Part shown: positions 1 through 12,282 of the stretch, one piece after another
Layout of the letters: each line of letters opens with the position of its first letter
Numbering within the stretch: the first letter of the stretch is position 1
DNA from: Candidatus Latescibacterota bacterium
GTDB taxonomy: Bacteria; Latescibacterota; UBA2968; UBA8231
Assembly: GCA_965261395.1 (NCBI GenBank)
Contig: OZ253462.1
Coordinates: 1,600,001-1,664,000 of the forward strand
Reading direction: 5' to 3'
DNA length: 64,000 nucleotides
Program-made: the position numbers and the translations under genes
The notes under the pieces: model-generated
Told to the model about the DNA's origin: nothing
Databases searched by the model: none
What the model saw: the letters and a program-made list of their open reading frames with translations, nothing else

Positions 1-1
1 C

Positions 2-1288
2 TTTGCGAAAGTGAAATGGCAGAATTGCCCAGATGACTGGCAGGCCTCATTTCGCCCAGCGGGTGAAGGGGCTTACTTCGATTGGCCGCTTCTGACCGAC
101 CTAATGCCGTGGCAGCACTCGGGAGTGCAATTCAAGCGGACATGGCCGATTGGACCAGACGCGGGAACATTGGAACGGCGTTGGCGCAGATTATTAAGTG
201 CCGAGAATCGCGCCGAGGCGTTCCGCGAGACAGGAGACCGTACTGTCAATGGGACGTATCGCGTCGCCCTAACAGATCGGAACGACTCGACGCCGATTTC
301 CAAACTACCGCATAACACTCCCCTTCCCGAAGTCCGAAGATACGCGTATCGCTCTTTTGACCGCCATTACATCATCGCGGACGGTCGCTTGATGTCCCGC
401 CCACGCCCCGACCTGTGGCGCGCCCACGGCGAGCGGCAGGTGTACTTGACGAGCTCGTTCTCTCAAGCTCTGGGATTAGGGCCAGCGCTTACTGCTTGTG
501 CGACGATCCCCGATCTTCACTATTTCTCTGGCCGCGGCGCAAAGGACACGATTCCCCTCTACCGCACCGCCGACGCCTCACAGGCGAACATTACCCCCGA
601 CCTGCTCAAAATCCTCAACACGGAATACAAGCGCAAAGTCACACCCGAAGATTTCCTTGCCTACGTCTATGGCGTGTTGGCGCAACCAGCCTTCACCACA
701 CGGTTCAAGAATGAACTGGGAACACGCAAACTGTGCGTGCCCATCACAAAGGATGCGGCGTTGTTCGATAAGGTCATCAAGGCAGGCGAACGGCTGCTGT
801 GGCTCCACACCTACGGCGAGCGTTTCGTCCCTACGCAACAGACGCCTGGCCGTGTTCCGCCCGGTGCGGCCAAATGCGTCGAGGCTATCCCCGGCCATGC
901 CGAGGAGTTTATTTACAACGACTCCACCCAGACGCTTCGTATCAGCGGAGGCGAATTCGCATCCATCGCACCCGAGGTGTATGAGTTCGAAGTCTCCGGC
1001 CTCAAGGTCGTGCAGTCTTGGCTTAAGTACCGCATGAAGAAAGGGGCTGGCAAGAAATCCTCACCTCTCGACAACATCCGCCCTGCACGCTGGACCAGCC
1101 AGTTCACCACGGAACTACTCGAATTGCTCTGGGTTCTGGAGGAAACGGTAAAGTGCTATCCCGAACAGGAGAAGCTGCTCAAAGCCGTGATCGAGAGCGA
1201 CTGCTTCCAAGCCAACAAAATGCCGACCGTCCCAGACGAAATGCGCAAACCGCCGCGTACTAGTGAAACGAACATGGAACTATTTTGA
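2..1288 (+). CDS. Type ISP restriction-modification enzyme, C-terminal specificity region (5'-truncated by window edge)
   Basis: Frame is open from base 2. Motifs YAYRSFDR, LMSRPRPDLW, FLAYVYGVL and FEVSGLKVVQSWLKYR match the Type ISP (LlaBIII-like) C-terminal domain as I recall it. Confidence 0.8.
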   Translation, partial: FAKVKWQNCPDDWQASFRPAGEGAYFDWPLLTDLMPWQHSGVQFKRTWPIGPDAGTLERRWRRLLSAENRAEAFRETGDRTVNGTYRVALTDRNDSTPISKLPHNTPLPEVRRYAYRSFDRHYIIADGRLMSRPRPDLWRAHGERQVYLTSSFSQALGLGPALTACATIPDLHYFSGRGAKDTIPLYRTADASQANITPDLLKILNTEYKRKVTPEDFLAYVYGVLAQPAFTTRFKNELGTRKLCVPITKDAALFDKVIKAGERLLWLHTYGERFVPTQQTPGRVPPGAAKCVEAIPGHAEEFIYNDSTQTLRISGGEFASIAPEVYEFEVSGLKVVQSWLKYRMKKGAGKKSSPLDNIRPARWTSQFTTELLELLWVLEETVKCYPEQEKLLKAVIESDCFQANKMPTVPDEMRKPPRTSETNMELF

Positions 1289-1325
1289 GTCCTGTCTTAG
1301 GGACTCTGTAACAGGAGAGGATTAA

Positions 1326-1511
1326 ATGGCTGAGAGAAAGAATTCCACGGCAAAAGAAGCACCATCCAAGAACAGGCAGCTCCATGAGGATAGGAATATA
1401 CCCACGATCAAGGTAGATATTCCCATGCCCAAAGGAGCCAAGTCCCCCAAGAAGAGTCAGGGGAGCCCGCCCCGAGAAAGGCATCCTTGCTGGAAGCGAA
1501 CTATAGGATAA
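1326..1511 (+). CDS. Small basic hypothetical protein or gene remnant
   Basis: AGGAGAGG RBS just upstream of the ATG; 61 aa, K/P/S-rich; no recognisable domain. Confidence 0.35.
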   Translation: MAERKNSTAKEAPSKNRQLHEDRNIPTIKVDIPMPKGAKSPKKSQGSPPRERHPCWKRTIG

Positions 1512-1526
1512 TCAGATAGTCAAAAG

Positions 1527-3110
1527 ATGAGCGAAAATCGGCGAGTTAAAGACGTTGCAGGATACCTAAAGGAAATCTCAGAGATAAAAGCTAAATGGCC
1601 CAACTCTACCTTGGTCTTTCGGGGCCAGGAAGACGTGGAGTGGTCTTTGGCATCTTCAGCGGAACGCCGCCTGAAGGCGAGTCTCTCAAGCCAAAACAGA
1701 ATACCCGATCAGGTCTTCATTGAATACCATGAAGACCTGCTGAAGAAATGCAAGCTGAAGAACTACGACCAACGCGAGCAAAAGCAATTAGACGACCTAG
1801 AGCTACTCGCCGACCTCCAACATCACGGGGCCGCAACCTGCCTCATTGACTTCACGCGCAATGCTCTCATCGCCCTGTGGTTCGCCTGTGAAAAGTCAGA
1901 TGAGGATGAGAATGGAAAAGTGTTTGCCGTCAACACGGCTGATGAGAAAACCTTTTTGGAAATAACGCCCACCGATATAGAGAACAAATCAATAAGAGAT
2001 GTCCTCGATTTCGAAACTCGCAAAATCGATAACGATCAGAAGGATGAACCTCCGAAGATCCGCGATACCAACAAAGATCAGGCGAAGGAACTTCCGATAC
2101 CGGAAACTTCCGCGACACTCCCTGACAAACCAAGCTTCTGGTACTGGACACCGGCACACTTGAACGAGCGCATAACGGCGCAGCACTCTCTATTCCTCTT
2201 CGGCCTTCCTTCCCGAGGGGAACTGAGATCGGAGGAGATAATCATCGAATCAGCAAGTAAAGAACAGATACGACGAGAGTTGGAAGAACTGCACGACATC
2301 CGGGAAGAATCCCTCTTCCCTGATTTTGTAGGCTTTGCCTACACCCAGCGTTCTAATGCTCCCTACCCCACCTTTGATGCCAAGGAATATCTCCGCCGCG
2401 GGGTCGAGGCAGGACAACGGGGACAGTATTTGGAGGCCATCGAAGATTTTACCAAGGCGATTGAACTAAAACCAGATTACGCCGAAGCCTATTACTTGCG
2501 CGGCCTTGCTTACAGAAGGCAAGGCGAGTACGAACACGCCATCGAAGATTTTACCAAGGCGATTGAACTAAAACCAGATTACGCCGAAGCCTATTACTTG
2601 CGCGGCCTTGCTTACAGAAGGCAAGACGAGTACGAACACGCCATCGAAGATTTTACCAAGGCGATTGAACTGAAGCCGGATCACGCCGAAGCCCATTACG
2701 ATCGCGGCATCTGCTTTGTTTACGGCATCCAAGACGAGTACGAACACGCCATCGAGGATTTTACCAAGGCGATTGAACTGAAGCCGGATCACGCCGACGC
2801 CCATTACAATCGCGGCATCTGCTTTGTTTCCGGCATCCAAGACGAGTACGAACACGCCATCGAGGATTTTACCAAGGCGATTGAACTGAAGCCGGATCAC
2901 GCCGACGCCCATTACAATCGTGGTCTTGCCTGCTTACACTTGAAAAAGTGGCAAGAAGCCAAATCAGACTTGGCCACCGCCAAGTATATGGGAGTGGACA
3001 TTGTCTCTTTGTTTGATAGCTATAACGAAAGCGTCGCCGACTTTGAGCGAGAATTCGGGATTACATTGCCGGAGGACATAGCGGCTATGCTAACAGAAAG
3101 CGAAAATTGA
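1527..3110 (+). CDS. FRG domain protein with C-terminal TPR repeats
   Basis: VFRGQ...LQHHGAATCLIDFTRNALIALWFAC...NERITAQHSLF is an FRG domain; five AIEDFTKAIELKPD TPR units follow. Confidence 0.9.
   Translation: MSENRRVKDVAGYLKEISEIKAKWPNSTLVFRGQEDVEWSLASSAERRLKASLSSQNRIPDQVFIEYHEDLLKKCKLKNYDQREQKQLDDLELLADLQHHGAATCLIDFTRNALIALWFACEKSDEDENGKVFAVNTADEKTFLEITPTDIENKSIRDVLDFETRKIDNDQKDEPPKIRDTNKDQAKELPIPETSATLPDKPSFWYWTPAHLNERITAQHSLFLFGLPSRGELRSEEIIIESASKEQIRRELEELHDIREESLFPDFVGFAYTQRSNAPYPTFDAKEYLRRGVEAGQRGQYLEAIEDFTKAIELKPDYAEAYYLRGLAYRRQGEYEHAIEDFTKAIELKPDYAEAYYLRGLAYRRQDEYEHAIEDFTKAIELKPDHAEAHYDRGICFVYGIQDEYEHAIEDFTKAIELKPDHADAHYNRGICFVSGIQDEYEHAIEDFTKAIELKPDHADAHYNRGLACLHLKKWQEAKSDLATAKYMGVDIVSLFDSYNESVADFEREFGITLPEDIAAMLTESEN
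2436..2925 (+). repeat. Near-identical intragenic tandem repeats encoding TPRs (periods 102, 102, 108, 108 bp)
   Basis: gccatcga(a/g)gattttaccaaggcgattgaact starts at 2436, 2538, 2640, 2748 and 2856. Confidence 0.95.
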
Positions 3111-3151
3111 CCCCGTAAATCTAAAATCAACCCCAAAGAGGAGCACCCCAC

Positions 3152-3970
3152 ATGAAATTCACCACCTGTAACGAGTACTTCACCGACTGGCCCATCGAAG
3201 AAGTCTTCGACTACGCCGCCGACCTCGGGTACACCGCCGTCGAAATCGCCCCCTTTACCCTCGCCGACAGCGTCGAAGACATCCCTGCATCGCGTCGCGC
3301 CCAAATCCGCGCTGCCGCCGAACGAGCCGGCGTCGAAATCGCGGGCCTGCACTGGCTTTTGGCCAGCCCCGACGGGCTATACATCACCCATCCCGCCCCG
3401 GCCATCTACCGGCGCACCCGCGCGTACTTCAAGGAGCTAGTCCAATTCTGCGGCGACCTCGGCGGCCAAGTGATGATCATCGGCTCGCCCATGCAGCGTA
3501 ACCTGCAGGAAGGTTGGGATTACCAAGATTGCTGGAACCGCATGCGCGGAGCCTTTGAAGGCAGCTTGGAGTTGGCCCAACAGCACGGCGTCTATCTGTG
3601 TATAGAGTCCTTGAGCAAGGAGCAGACGAACATCATCTCCACCTGTGCGGAAGCGCGCAAAATGGTCGCCGAGATCGACCACCCGCACTTCCAGACCATG
3701 GTCGATGTCTGCTCCGGCTCGACCGAAGAAATTCCCGTCGCCCAGCTTCTGCGCGACTCCGGCCAGCACCTCTACCACGTCCACGTCAACGACGCCAACA
3801 AGCGCGGCCCCGGCTTTGGCAACACCGACTTCGCCAGCGTCGTGCGGACGCTAAAGGAACTGGACTATCAGCGCTATGTCTCGGTAGAAGTGTTCGATTT
3901 TAGCCCGGATCCGCGCACCATTGCCGCCGGCAGTTTGCACTACCTCAAGGGCCTTGCCGCCGCACTGTGA
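3152..3970 (+). CDS. Sugar phosphate isomerase/epimerase (xylose isomerase-like TIM barrel, D-psicose/D-tagatose epimerase family)
   Basis: GYTAVEIAP, CIESL, MVDVC, HVHVND, SVEVF metal-binding pattern; GAGGAG RBS. Confidence 0.85.
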   Translation: MKFTTCNEYFTDWPIEEVFDYAADLGYTAVEIAPFTLADSVEDIPASRRAQIRAAAERAGVEIAGLHWLLASPDGLYITHPAPAIYRRTRAYFKELVQFCGDLGGQVMIIGSPMQRNLQEGWDYQDCWNRMRGAFEGSLELAQQHGVYLCIESLSKEQTNIISTCAEARKMVAEIDHPHFQTMVDVCSGSTEEIPVAQLLRDSGQHLYHVHVNDANKRGPGFGNTDFASVVRTLKELDYQRYVSVEVFDFSPDPRTIAAGSLHYLKGLAAAL

Positions 3971-4042
3971 CGCAAGCCCACCTCCCTTGACAGTACAGCC
4001 CTTTTTGCGAACTTTCGGGCACTCATAAAGAAAGGATTTCTC

Positions 4043-4417
4043 ATGCCCAACTACACCTTCAACCACATCCACCACGAGGCCGTCGACGTCCACGCCGCGG
4101 TCGATTGGTATAAGAAGCTCTTCGGCGCCACCAACGATCCGCCCTTTGAGCGCGGCGGTGCGACTTGGGTACCAGTCCACATCGGCGCAGTGCAAATCAC
4201 CATTACGGACCGCGAGTTTGCCCCGATGGAATTGGGGCGCTACCAAGGCTACGACCACCTCGCCCTCGTCTCCGACGACTTCGATCAAACCCTCGCCGCC
4301 ATCGCCGAGCAGGGCGTCGAGATCTGGATGGGGCCGGTGACGCTCGACGACGGCAACCGCATTGTCTTCATCAACGGCCCAGACAACGTCAAGATCGAGC
4401 TAATGGAGCAAAGCTGA
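4043..4417 (+). CDS. VOC/glyoxalase family protein
   Basis: FNHIHH...WYKKLFG, YDHLAL, FINGPDNVKIELME. Confidence 0.85.
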   Translation: MPNYTFNHIHHEAVDVHAAVDWYKKLFGATNDPPFERGGATWVPVHIGAVQITITDREFAPMELGRYQGYDHLALVSDDFDQTLAAIAEQGVEIWMGPVTLDDGNRIVFINGPDNVKIELMEQS

Positions 4418-6295
4418 GTGGAAATCCGCCCCTTCGGCCTGTGGCCCAGCCCCCTCTCGCCCGACGAGTTGGCCAGCGCCACGCGCCTCCGCGATGTGGC
4501 TTGGGATGCCGACGGCCGCACCCTCGTCTGGCTGGAGGGCCGGGGGCCGCAGGGCGTGCTCGTCTGCCAGGAGCCGGGGGCCGCCCCGCGCGACCTCAAC
4601 ACCGCGCTCTCGGTGCGCGCCCAAGTCGGCTACGGCGGTGGTGACTTTGCTGTATCCCGCTGCCACGCGTACTTCGCCGAGCACGGCGGCCGCCTCTACC
4701 GCCAGCCGCTAGCCGGCGGCCCAGCCCAGCCGATCACGCCCCAGTTTGGCCACGCCGCGTCTCCTGCGCCTGCGCCAACAGGGCGTCATCTGGTGTACGT
4801 CCACAGCTACGAGGACCGCGACACATTGGCCGTCGTCGATGTCGCCGGGCGCTTTTGGCCGCAAATCCTCGCGGAGGGGGCCGACTTCTACATGCAGCCA
4901 ACCTGGCACCCCAAAGGAGACCGCTTGGCCTGGATCGAGTGGGATCATCCACAAATGCCTTGGGACGGCACCCGCTTGGTGCTGGGCCAGCTTGCGCGCA
5001 GCCGCCACGGGCTGCCCAGCCTGCGCACAAGCGAGGTGCTCGCCGGCGACGCGGACACCGCCATTGCCCAGCCTTGTTTTTCGCCCGATGGACGCTATCT
5101 GGTCTATGCCTCGGACGAGCGCGGCTACAGCAACCTCTGGTGCCGCGACCTCGACAGCGGGGCCACGCGCTGCCTGTACGAGGACGCCGGCGACGTCGCT
5201 GGTCCCGCTTGGGCGCAGGGCATGCGGGCGTTCTCGTGGGCCGCCGATAGCCGCACCTTGTATTTCGTGCGCAGCGAAAACGCCCAGCGCCTAGCGTACG
5301 CGCTCGACTTCGCCAGTGGAGCGGTCGCCAGGGTCGAGGCGCTGGCCGCCTACACCCATATCGAACAGCTCGCCGCGGCCCCGCGCGGCAAGGGCTTGGC
5401 CTGCATTGCCGCGGCCAGCTCGATCCCCGCTCGCATCGTCGCTGGTACTGCCAGCCAAGTAGCAGTCCGCGCCCGTTCCGCCAGCGAGTCGCTTGCTCCC
5501 GCCGATCTCTCCACGCCCGAGCCGATTTCTTGGGCCAGCGAGGACGCCACGCAAGTCCACGGGCTGTACTATCCTCCGGTCAGCCGCCGCTTTACTGGCC
5601 AAGGCCAACCGCCGCTGATTGTCATGATCCACGGCGGCCCTACCGGCCAAGTCGATACCGGATTCGAGGCCACCAATCAGTTTTTTGCCACCCAGGGCTT
5701 TGCCGTCCTCGACGTTGACTACCGAGGAAGCACCGGCCGCGGCCGGGCGTACATGACTGCCCTGCGCACCCATTGGGGCGTCCTCGATGTCGAAGACGCC
5801 ATTGGCGGTGCCCAGCACCTCGTCGCTAGCGGCCTCGCCGACCCGGGGCGCCTCGTCATCATGGGCGGCAGCGCCGGTGGCTACACGGTCTTGCGGACGC
5901 TCATCACGCGGCCCGGCTTTTTCCGCGCCGGTATCTGTCTCTACGGCGTGGCCAACCTCTTCGCCCTCGCCGCGGACACCCACAAATTTGAATCCCGCTA
6001 CCTCGACTCCATGATCGGCCCGCTGCCCGCAGCGGCTGCGGTCTATCGCGATCGCTCGCCGGTCTACGCCGCCGACCAGCTACGCGACCCGATCGCCATC
6101 TTTCAGGGGACCGATGATCAAGTCGTGCCCCCGGCCCAAGCCGAGGAGATCGTCGCCTCGTTGCGCCGCCGCAACATACCGCACGTCTATCATCTGTACG
6201 AAGGCGAAGGCCACGGCTGGCGCAAACCCGAGACCGTGCGGGCCTTCTACCAAGCCTGCGAGGCCTTCCTCCGCCAGCACGTCCTCTTCGCCTAA
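4418..6295 (+). CDS. S9 family (prolyl oligopeptidase/acylaminoacyl) peptidase
   Basis: Beta-propeller N-terminus; HGGPT, GGSAGG nucleophile, GTDDQVV, EGHG catalytic triad. Confidence 0.9.
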   Translation: MEIRPFGLWPSPLSPDELASATRLRDVAWDADGRTLVWLEGRGPQGVLVCQEPGAAPRDLNTALSVRAQVGYGGGDFAVSRCHAYFAEHGGRLYRQPLAGGPAQPITPQFGHAASPAPAPTGRHLVYVHSYEDRDTLAVVDVAGRFWPQILAEGADFYMQPTWHPKGDRLAWIEWDHPQMPWDGTRLVLGQLARSRHGLPSLRTSEVLAGDADTAIAQPCFSPDGRYLVYASDERGYSNLWCRDLDSGATRCLYEDAGDVAGPAWAQGMRAFSWAADSRTLYFVRSENAQRLAYALDFASGAVARVEALAAYTHIEQLAAAPRGKGLACIAAASSIPARIVAGTASQVAVRARSASESLAPADLSTPEPISWASEDATQVHGLYYPPVSRRFTGQGQPPLIVMIHGGPTGQVDTGFEATNQFFATQGFAVLDVDYRGSTGRGRAYMTALRTHWGVLDVEDAIGGAQHLVASGLADPGRLVIMGGSAGGYTVLRTLITRPGFFRAGICLYGVANLFALAADTHKFESRYLDSMIGPLPAAAAVYRDRSPVYAADQLRDPIAIFQGTDDQVVPPAQAEEIVASLRRRNIPHVYHLYEGEGHGWRKPETVRAFYQACEAFLRQHVLFA

Positions 6296-6316
6296 AGCTC
6301 GCCAAAGGAGCATCCC

Positions 6317-7747
6317 TTGCACTACGAAACCGTCATCGGCATGGAAGTCCACGTCGAGTTGCAAACCGCCTCCAAGATGTTTTGCGCCTGCGCGGCCGAT
6401 CACTTTCAGGTGGCGGCCAACGCCCATATCTGCCCGGTGTGTACCGCCCAGCCCGGCGCTTTGCCCACAATCAACGGCCGCGCTGTCGAGCTGACGGTCA
6501 TGACCGGCATGGCCCTTCATTGCCAAGTCAAACCCCGCAGCGTCTTTGCGCGCAAGAACTACGTCTATCCCGATCTGCCCAAGGGCTACCAGATCTCGCA
6601 ATACGAGCAGCCCCTGTGCGAGAGCGGCTGGATCGAGATCGACAGTGAGAGCGGCCCCAAGCAGATCGGCGTCGTCCGCGTCCACCTCGAAGAAGACACC
6701 GGCAAGCTCCAGCACGCCGGTCGCGCCAGCCTAGTAGACTACAACCGCGCCGGCGTACCGCTGATGGAAATCGTCACCGACTCCTCGCTCCGCTCAGCCG
6801 ACGAGAGCTATGCGTACCTGACCCAAATCCGCCAGATCGTCCGCTACCTAGGCGCGTCCTCTGGCGACATGGAGAAAGGGGCCATGCGCTGCGAGGCCAA
6901 CATCTCGATCCGGCCCGCGGGCAGCCGCGAATTGGGCACCAAGGTCGAGGTCAAAAACCTCAATTCCTTCCGCGCCGTGCGCAGCGCCATCGCCTACGAA
7001 GCCGAGCGCCAGCAACACATCATCGAATCCGGTGGCCACGTCCGCCAAGAGACCATGGGCTGGGACGAACGCGCCAACATCACCCGTCCGCAGCGCAGCA
7101 AAGAGACCTCGGACGACTACCGCTACTTCCCGGAGCCCGACCTGCTCGTTGCGGACTTAGACGACGAGTGGATCACCAGAGTCCACGCCAGCCTGCCCGA
7201 GCTGCCCGACGCCAAAGCCGCGCGCTTTGCTGACACCTACGAACTCAACTCACAGGAGATCGCCGCCTTGATCGAGGACCAGGCCGTGGCCGCGTATTTT
7301 GAAGAGGCTGCCCAGGTGCAAGGCGCAGACCCCAAGCAGGTGGGCAACTGGATCACCGGGGAAATTTTTCGCCGCCTCAACGCCGAGGGCCGGTCGATTG
7401 AAGACGTCGAGGTTCAGCCAGCCGCGCTCGTCGAGTTGCTCTCCTTAGTCAAAAAGGGCACGATCAACCAAAACGCAGCTCGCGAAGTCTTTGGCCAACT
7501 GTGGGAACAGGGCGGCTCGCCCGCCGAGATTGTCGCCGCGCGCGGCCTCGGGCAAATCTCCGACAGCGGGGAACTCGACCAAGCGGTAGCCGAAGTGATC
7601 GCCGCACATCCCGACGCCGTCGAAAAAATCAAGGACGGCAACCACAACACCGTGCAATTTCTGATGGGTCAAGTAATGCGGGCGACGCGGGGGAAGGCCA
7701 ACCCGCAGCTCGTGCAAGAATTGTTGCGCCAGCAGCTAGGGATCTAA
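6317..7747 (+). CDS. gatB: Asp-tRNA(Asn)/Glu-tRNA(Gln) amidotransferase subunit B
   Basis: [51 protein letters not shown]; TTG start after AGGAG. Confidence 0.97.
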   Translation: MHYETVIGMEVHVELQTASKMFCACAADHFQVAANAHICPVCTAQPGALPTINGRAVELTVMTGMALHCQVKPRSVFARKNYVYPDLPKGYQISQYEQPLCESGWIEIDSESGPKQIGVVRVHLEEDTGKLQHAGRASLVDYNRAGVPLMEIVTDSSLRSADESYAYLTQIRQIVRYLGASSGDMEKGAMRCEANISIRPAGSRELGTKVEVKNLNSFRAVRSAIAYEAERQQHIIESGGHVRQETMGWDERANITRPQRSKETSDDYRYFPEPDLLVADLDDEWITRVHASLPELPDAKAARFADTYELNSQEIAALIEDQAVAAYFEEAAQVQGADPKQVGNWITGEIFRRLNAEGRSIEDVEVQPAALVELLSLVKKGTINQNAAREVFGQLWEQGGSPAEIVAARGLGQISDSGELDQAVAEVIAAHPDAVEKIKDGNHNTVQFLMGQVMRATRGKANPQLVQELLRQQLGI

Positions 7748-7794
7748 AGTCGCAGCATCTCTACAGCCCACAGCGCTTCTCAACTCCTCGGCGG

Positions 7795-8955
7795 CTACAA
7801 CGCGAGATCGCCAATTTTCTTCAACGGCAGGGCCGTTATATCCTGCGCGAGCGGGTACTCCAAGTCGCCGGGATAGATTACCCACAGATGCTCAAGTCCT
7901 AAATCCTCGATGACGATGCGCATGGATTTCGTCGTGCGCGGGGCGTCAGTGCATTTGAACTCGAATCCATAGCGTTTGCCAGCGTGGGTGATGAGTAGAT
8001 CGAGTTCGGCCCCGCGATGCGTTCCCCAAAAATACGCCGAGTAATCGCCGTAGCCCATCAGCACCTGTTCCAGCGCAAAGCCCTCCCAAGAAGCCCCATA
8101 CTTAGGGTGTGACCGAATCTGGGCCATCGTCTCAATGCCGAGCAAGGTGTGCAGTAGGCCCGTATCGCGGATATACACTTTGGGGGCTTTCCGCTGGCGT
8201 TTGCCGATGTTTTCAAACCACGGTGGCAGGACACGTACTAAATAGGTCCCCGACAAGATATCCAGATACCGCCGCGCCGTCTTCTCGTTGGTGCCTAGTG
8301 CTCGCGCCAGTTCGGAACCATTCCAAGTCTGGCCGTGGTAATGACTCAGCATGGTCCAGAAGCGACGCAGAGTCTCTGCGGGGATGTTAATCCCCAATTG
8401 CGGGATGTCTTTTTCGAGAAACGTGTCCACGAAGGCCTCTCGCCATCGCGTACTGGCGCGGTCCGAAGCGGCCAGATAGGAACGCGGAAAGCCGCCCCGC
8501 AGCCAGAGCAAGTCGCGGTTTTCCATCCCTATCTCCGCGAGGACGAATCCCGGAATGGAAACGAATAGCACCCGCCCAGCTAAGGTTTCGGAAACGCCTT
8601 TTACTAAGGTCGGCGACGCACTGCCCAACAAGAGAAAACGAGCCGGACTTTCCGGACGATCTACCAGAGGCCGCAAGACGGAAAACAGCTCGGGCAGCCG
8701 TTGTATTTCATCTAGTACGACGAGCCCGTCTAGTGTGCCGAGAGTCTGTTCAGGAGTAGAAAGGGCCGTACGATCTGGTGCTCGATCGAGGTCGAAGTAG
8801 TGTACGGGCTGGCAACGGGAGGCAATTAGGCGGGCAAGGGTCGTCTTCCCCGTCTGGCGAGCACCTAGTAAAACGGTAATGGGAGCCTCATCGAGGCACT
8901 CTTCGATCTGGCTGAGCAGGTGAGGCCGCTGAATCTGCATCTGAGAATGTAGCAT
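7795..8955 (-). CDS. AAA+ ATPase (AAA_14) with DUF4143 C-terminal domain; alternative start at 8940
   Basis: GARQTGKT Walker A, LDEIQ Walker B, LGSAS, RGGFP, PKVYIRDTGL, ELDL...FEFK. Confidence 0.9.
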   Translation of the reverse strand: MLHSQMQIQRPHLLSQIEECLDEAPITVLLGARQTGKTTLARLIASRCQPVHYFDLDRAPDRTALSTPEQTLGTLDGLVVLDEIQRLPELFSVLRPLVDRPESPARFLLLGSASPTLVKGVSETLAGRVLFVSIPGFVLAEIGMENRDLLWLRGGFPRSYLAASDRASTRWREAFVDTFLEKDIPQLGINIPAETLRRFWTMLSHYHGQTWNGSELARALGTNEKTARRYLDILSGTYLVRVLPPWFENIGKRQRKAPKVYIRDTGLLHTLLGIETMAQIRSHPKYGASWEGFALEQVLMGYGDYSAYFWGTHRGAELDLLITHAGKRYGFEFKCTDAPRTTKSMRIVIEDLGLEHLWVIYPGDLEYPLAQDITALPLKKIGDLAL

Positions 8956-8984
8956 ATTCGGAATATAAATCCGAATATACTACA
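8948..8984. promoter_or_regulatory. 15-bp-arm inverted repeat over the start of the AAA_14/DUF4143 gene (candidate operator)
   Basis: tgtagcatattcgga-atataaa-tccgaatatactaca; 14 of 15 positions complementary. Confidence 0.6.
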
Positions 8985-9022
8985 AAACAACTTGGTTAGG
9001 ATAGACGGATCAGTGAGGCGTA

Positions 9023-9051
9023 TTGACAGGCAATTCGATATGTGTTATAAT
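9023..9051 (+). promoter_or_regulatory. Perfect sigma70 consensus promoter for hsdM, probably giving a leaderless mRNA
   Basis: TTGACA (9023-9028), 17 nt, TATAAT (9046-9051); ATG at 9060; no SD sequence. Confidence 0.85.
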
Positions 9052-9059
9052 TTACAATT

Positions 9060-10899
<1,840 letters not shown>

Positions 10900-10928
<29 letters not shown>

Positions 10929-12186
10929 ATGGGCACAGCGTCGCTTGGGTGAAGTAACGGTTCCCACATCGATGTGGAACCCTCGCCGCGACCCCCGTCC
11001 ATCGATCCGTTACATCGACGTTTCGGCCATTTCGCGGGATGAACTCAGGATCGTCTCCGAGGCAACATACTCGGCGGACAATGCCCCGAGCCGAGCGCGC
11101 AAAATCGTCGAGACCGGGGATACGATCTTCGCGACGGTCCGCCCCACGCTACGGCGAATTGCACAGATACCGGCGTCTCTGGATGGTGAGATAGTCTCTA
11201 CGGCCTTTTGTGTCCTACGACCCGACCTTCAGGCGATTGCCTCGGATTTTCTCTATTTCGCCACACAGCTTGAGTCCGTGATGGAAGGCATCGCCTCAAT
11301 GGAGTCGGGGGCAAGCTATCCGGCGGTGCGGGATGTTGACGTTCTGGATCAAGTAATTCCACTGCCGCCTTTGCCTGAGCAACGGGAAATTGCTGCTGTT
11401 CTCAATACCATACGCACAGCTTCGCTTCATCAAGCCCAATGTGAAGCGAACGCGACGGCTCTCAAACGCGCCGCGATGCGAGAGCTATTCACGAACGGTC
11501 TGCGGGGTGAAGCACAGAAGGAAACCGAGATTGGGCGGATGCCGGAGAGTTGGGAGTTGTCAACGCTGGGAACACTTTGCGAAAGCACTGATTCAGTTGA
11601 TCTCCGATCCGAGGCCGACCGGATGATTGAGTATGTGGATGTCTCCTCTATCTCTCGCGATTATATGCACATCGAAATGACATCCCGATTCATACTCAAA
11701 GAAGCTCCCGGCCGTGCGAGAAAACGTATTTTGACTAGCGACGTTATATTTGCGACCGTGCGGCCTACTCTCTTGCGCGTTGCCATCGTCCCCGAGGAAC
11801 TGGACAACCAAGTTTGCTCCACAGCGTTCTGTGTCCTGCGTCGGGACAGCAAGATGAGCACCCACAATTTCATCTACTACGTCGTGCAGCGGGACCAGTT
11901 TGTCCAGCAACTCGCCGAGATTGAAACTGGAGCTAGCTACCCCGCTGTAACAGATCGGATGGTCAAGGAACAGGTAGTTCCGATGCCGAGTCTGGAGGAA
12001 CAGCACGAGATCGTCGCCATCCTCGACGCCATTGACCGCAAGATTGACCTGCACCGAAGGAAACGGGCGGTGCTCGACGATTTGTTTAAGGCGCTGTTGC
12101 ACAAGCTGATGACAGGTGAGATTCGGGTTATTGATCTTGACCTGCCTACCATTACCATTGAAGGAGCCGAGTGCTCCAATAAATAG
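10900..12186 (+). CDS. hsdS: Type I R-M specificity subunit
   Basis: Two TRDs with conserved regions [12 protein letters not shown] and [10 protein letters not shown]; [12 protein letters not shown]; [12 protein letters not shown]. Confidence 0.93.
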
Positions 12187-12282
12187 AGGCTGAGCAATGT
12201 GAGATGAGTTCGATAATGGCAAACCTGAGACCTCATCATGGACACTGTCCAGCATGGTGCAGCCATCTGACATGGAGATAAC

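Noticed and set aside
2436-2925. Regular repeats as a CRISPR array
   Set aside because: The units are in-frame TPR coding repeats with no unique spacers, and no cas genes are present.
4415-4420. VOC gene TGA immediately followed in frame by the S9 peptidase GTG (possible read-through or Sec fusion)
   Set aside because: Both proteins are complete on their own, there is no redox-motif context, and GGAG upstream can serve as the peptidase RBS.
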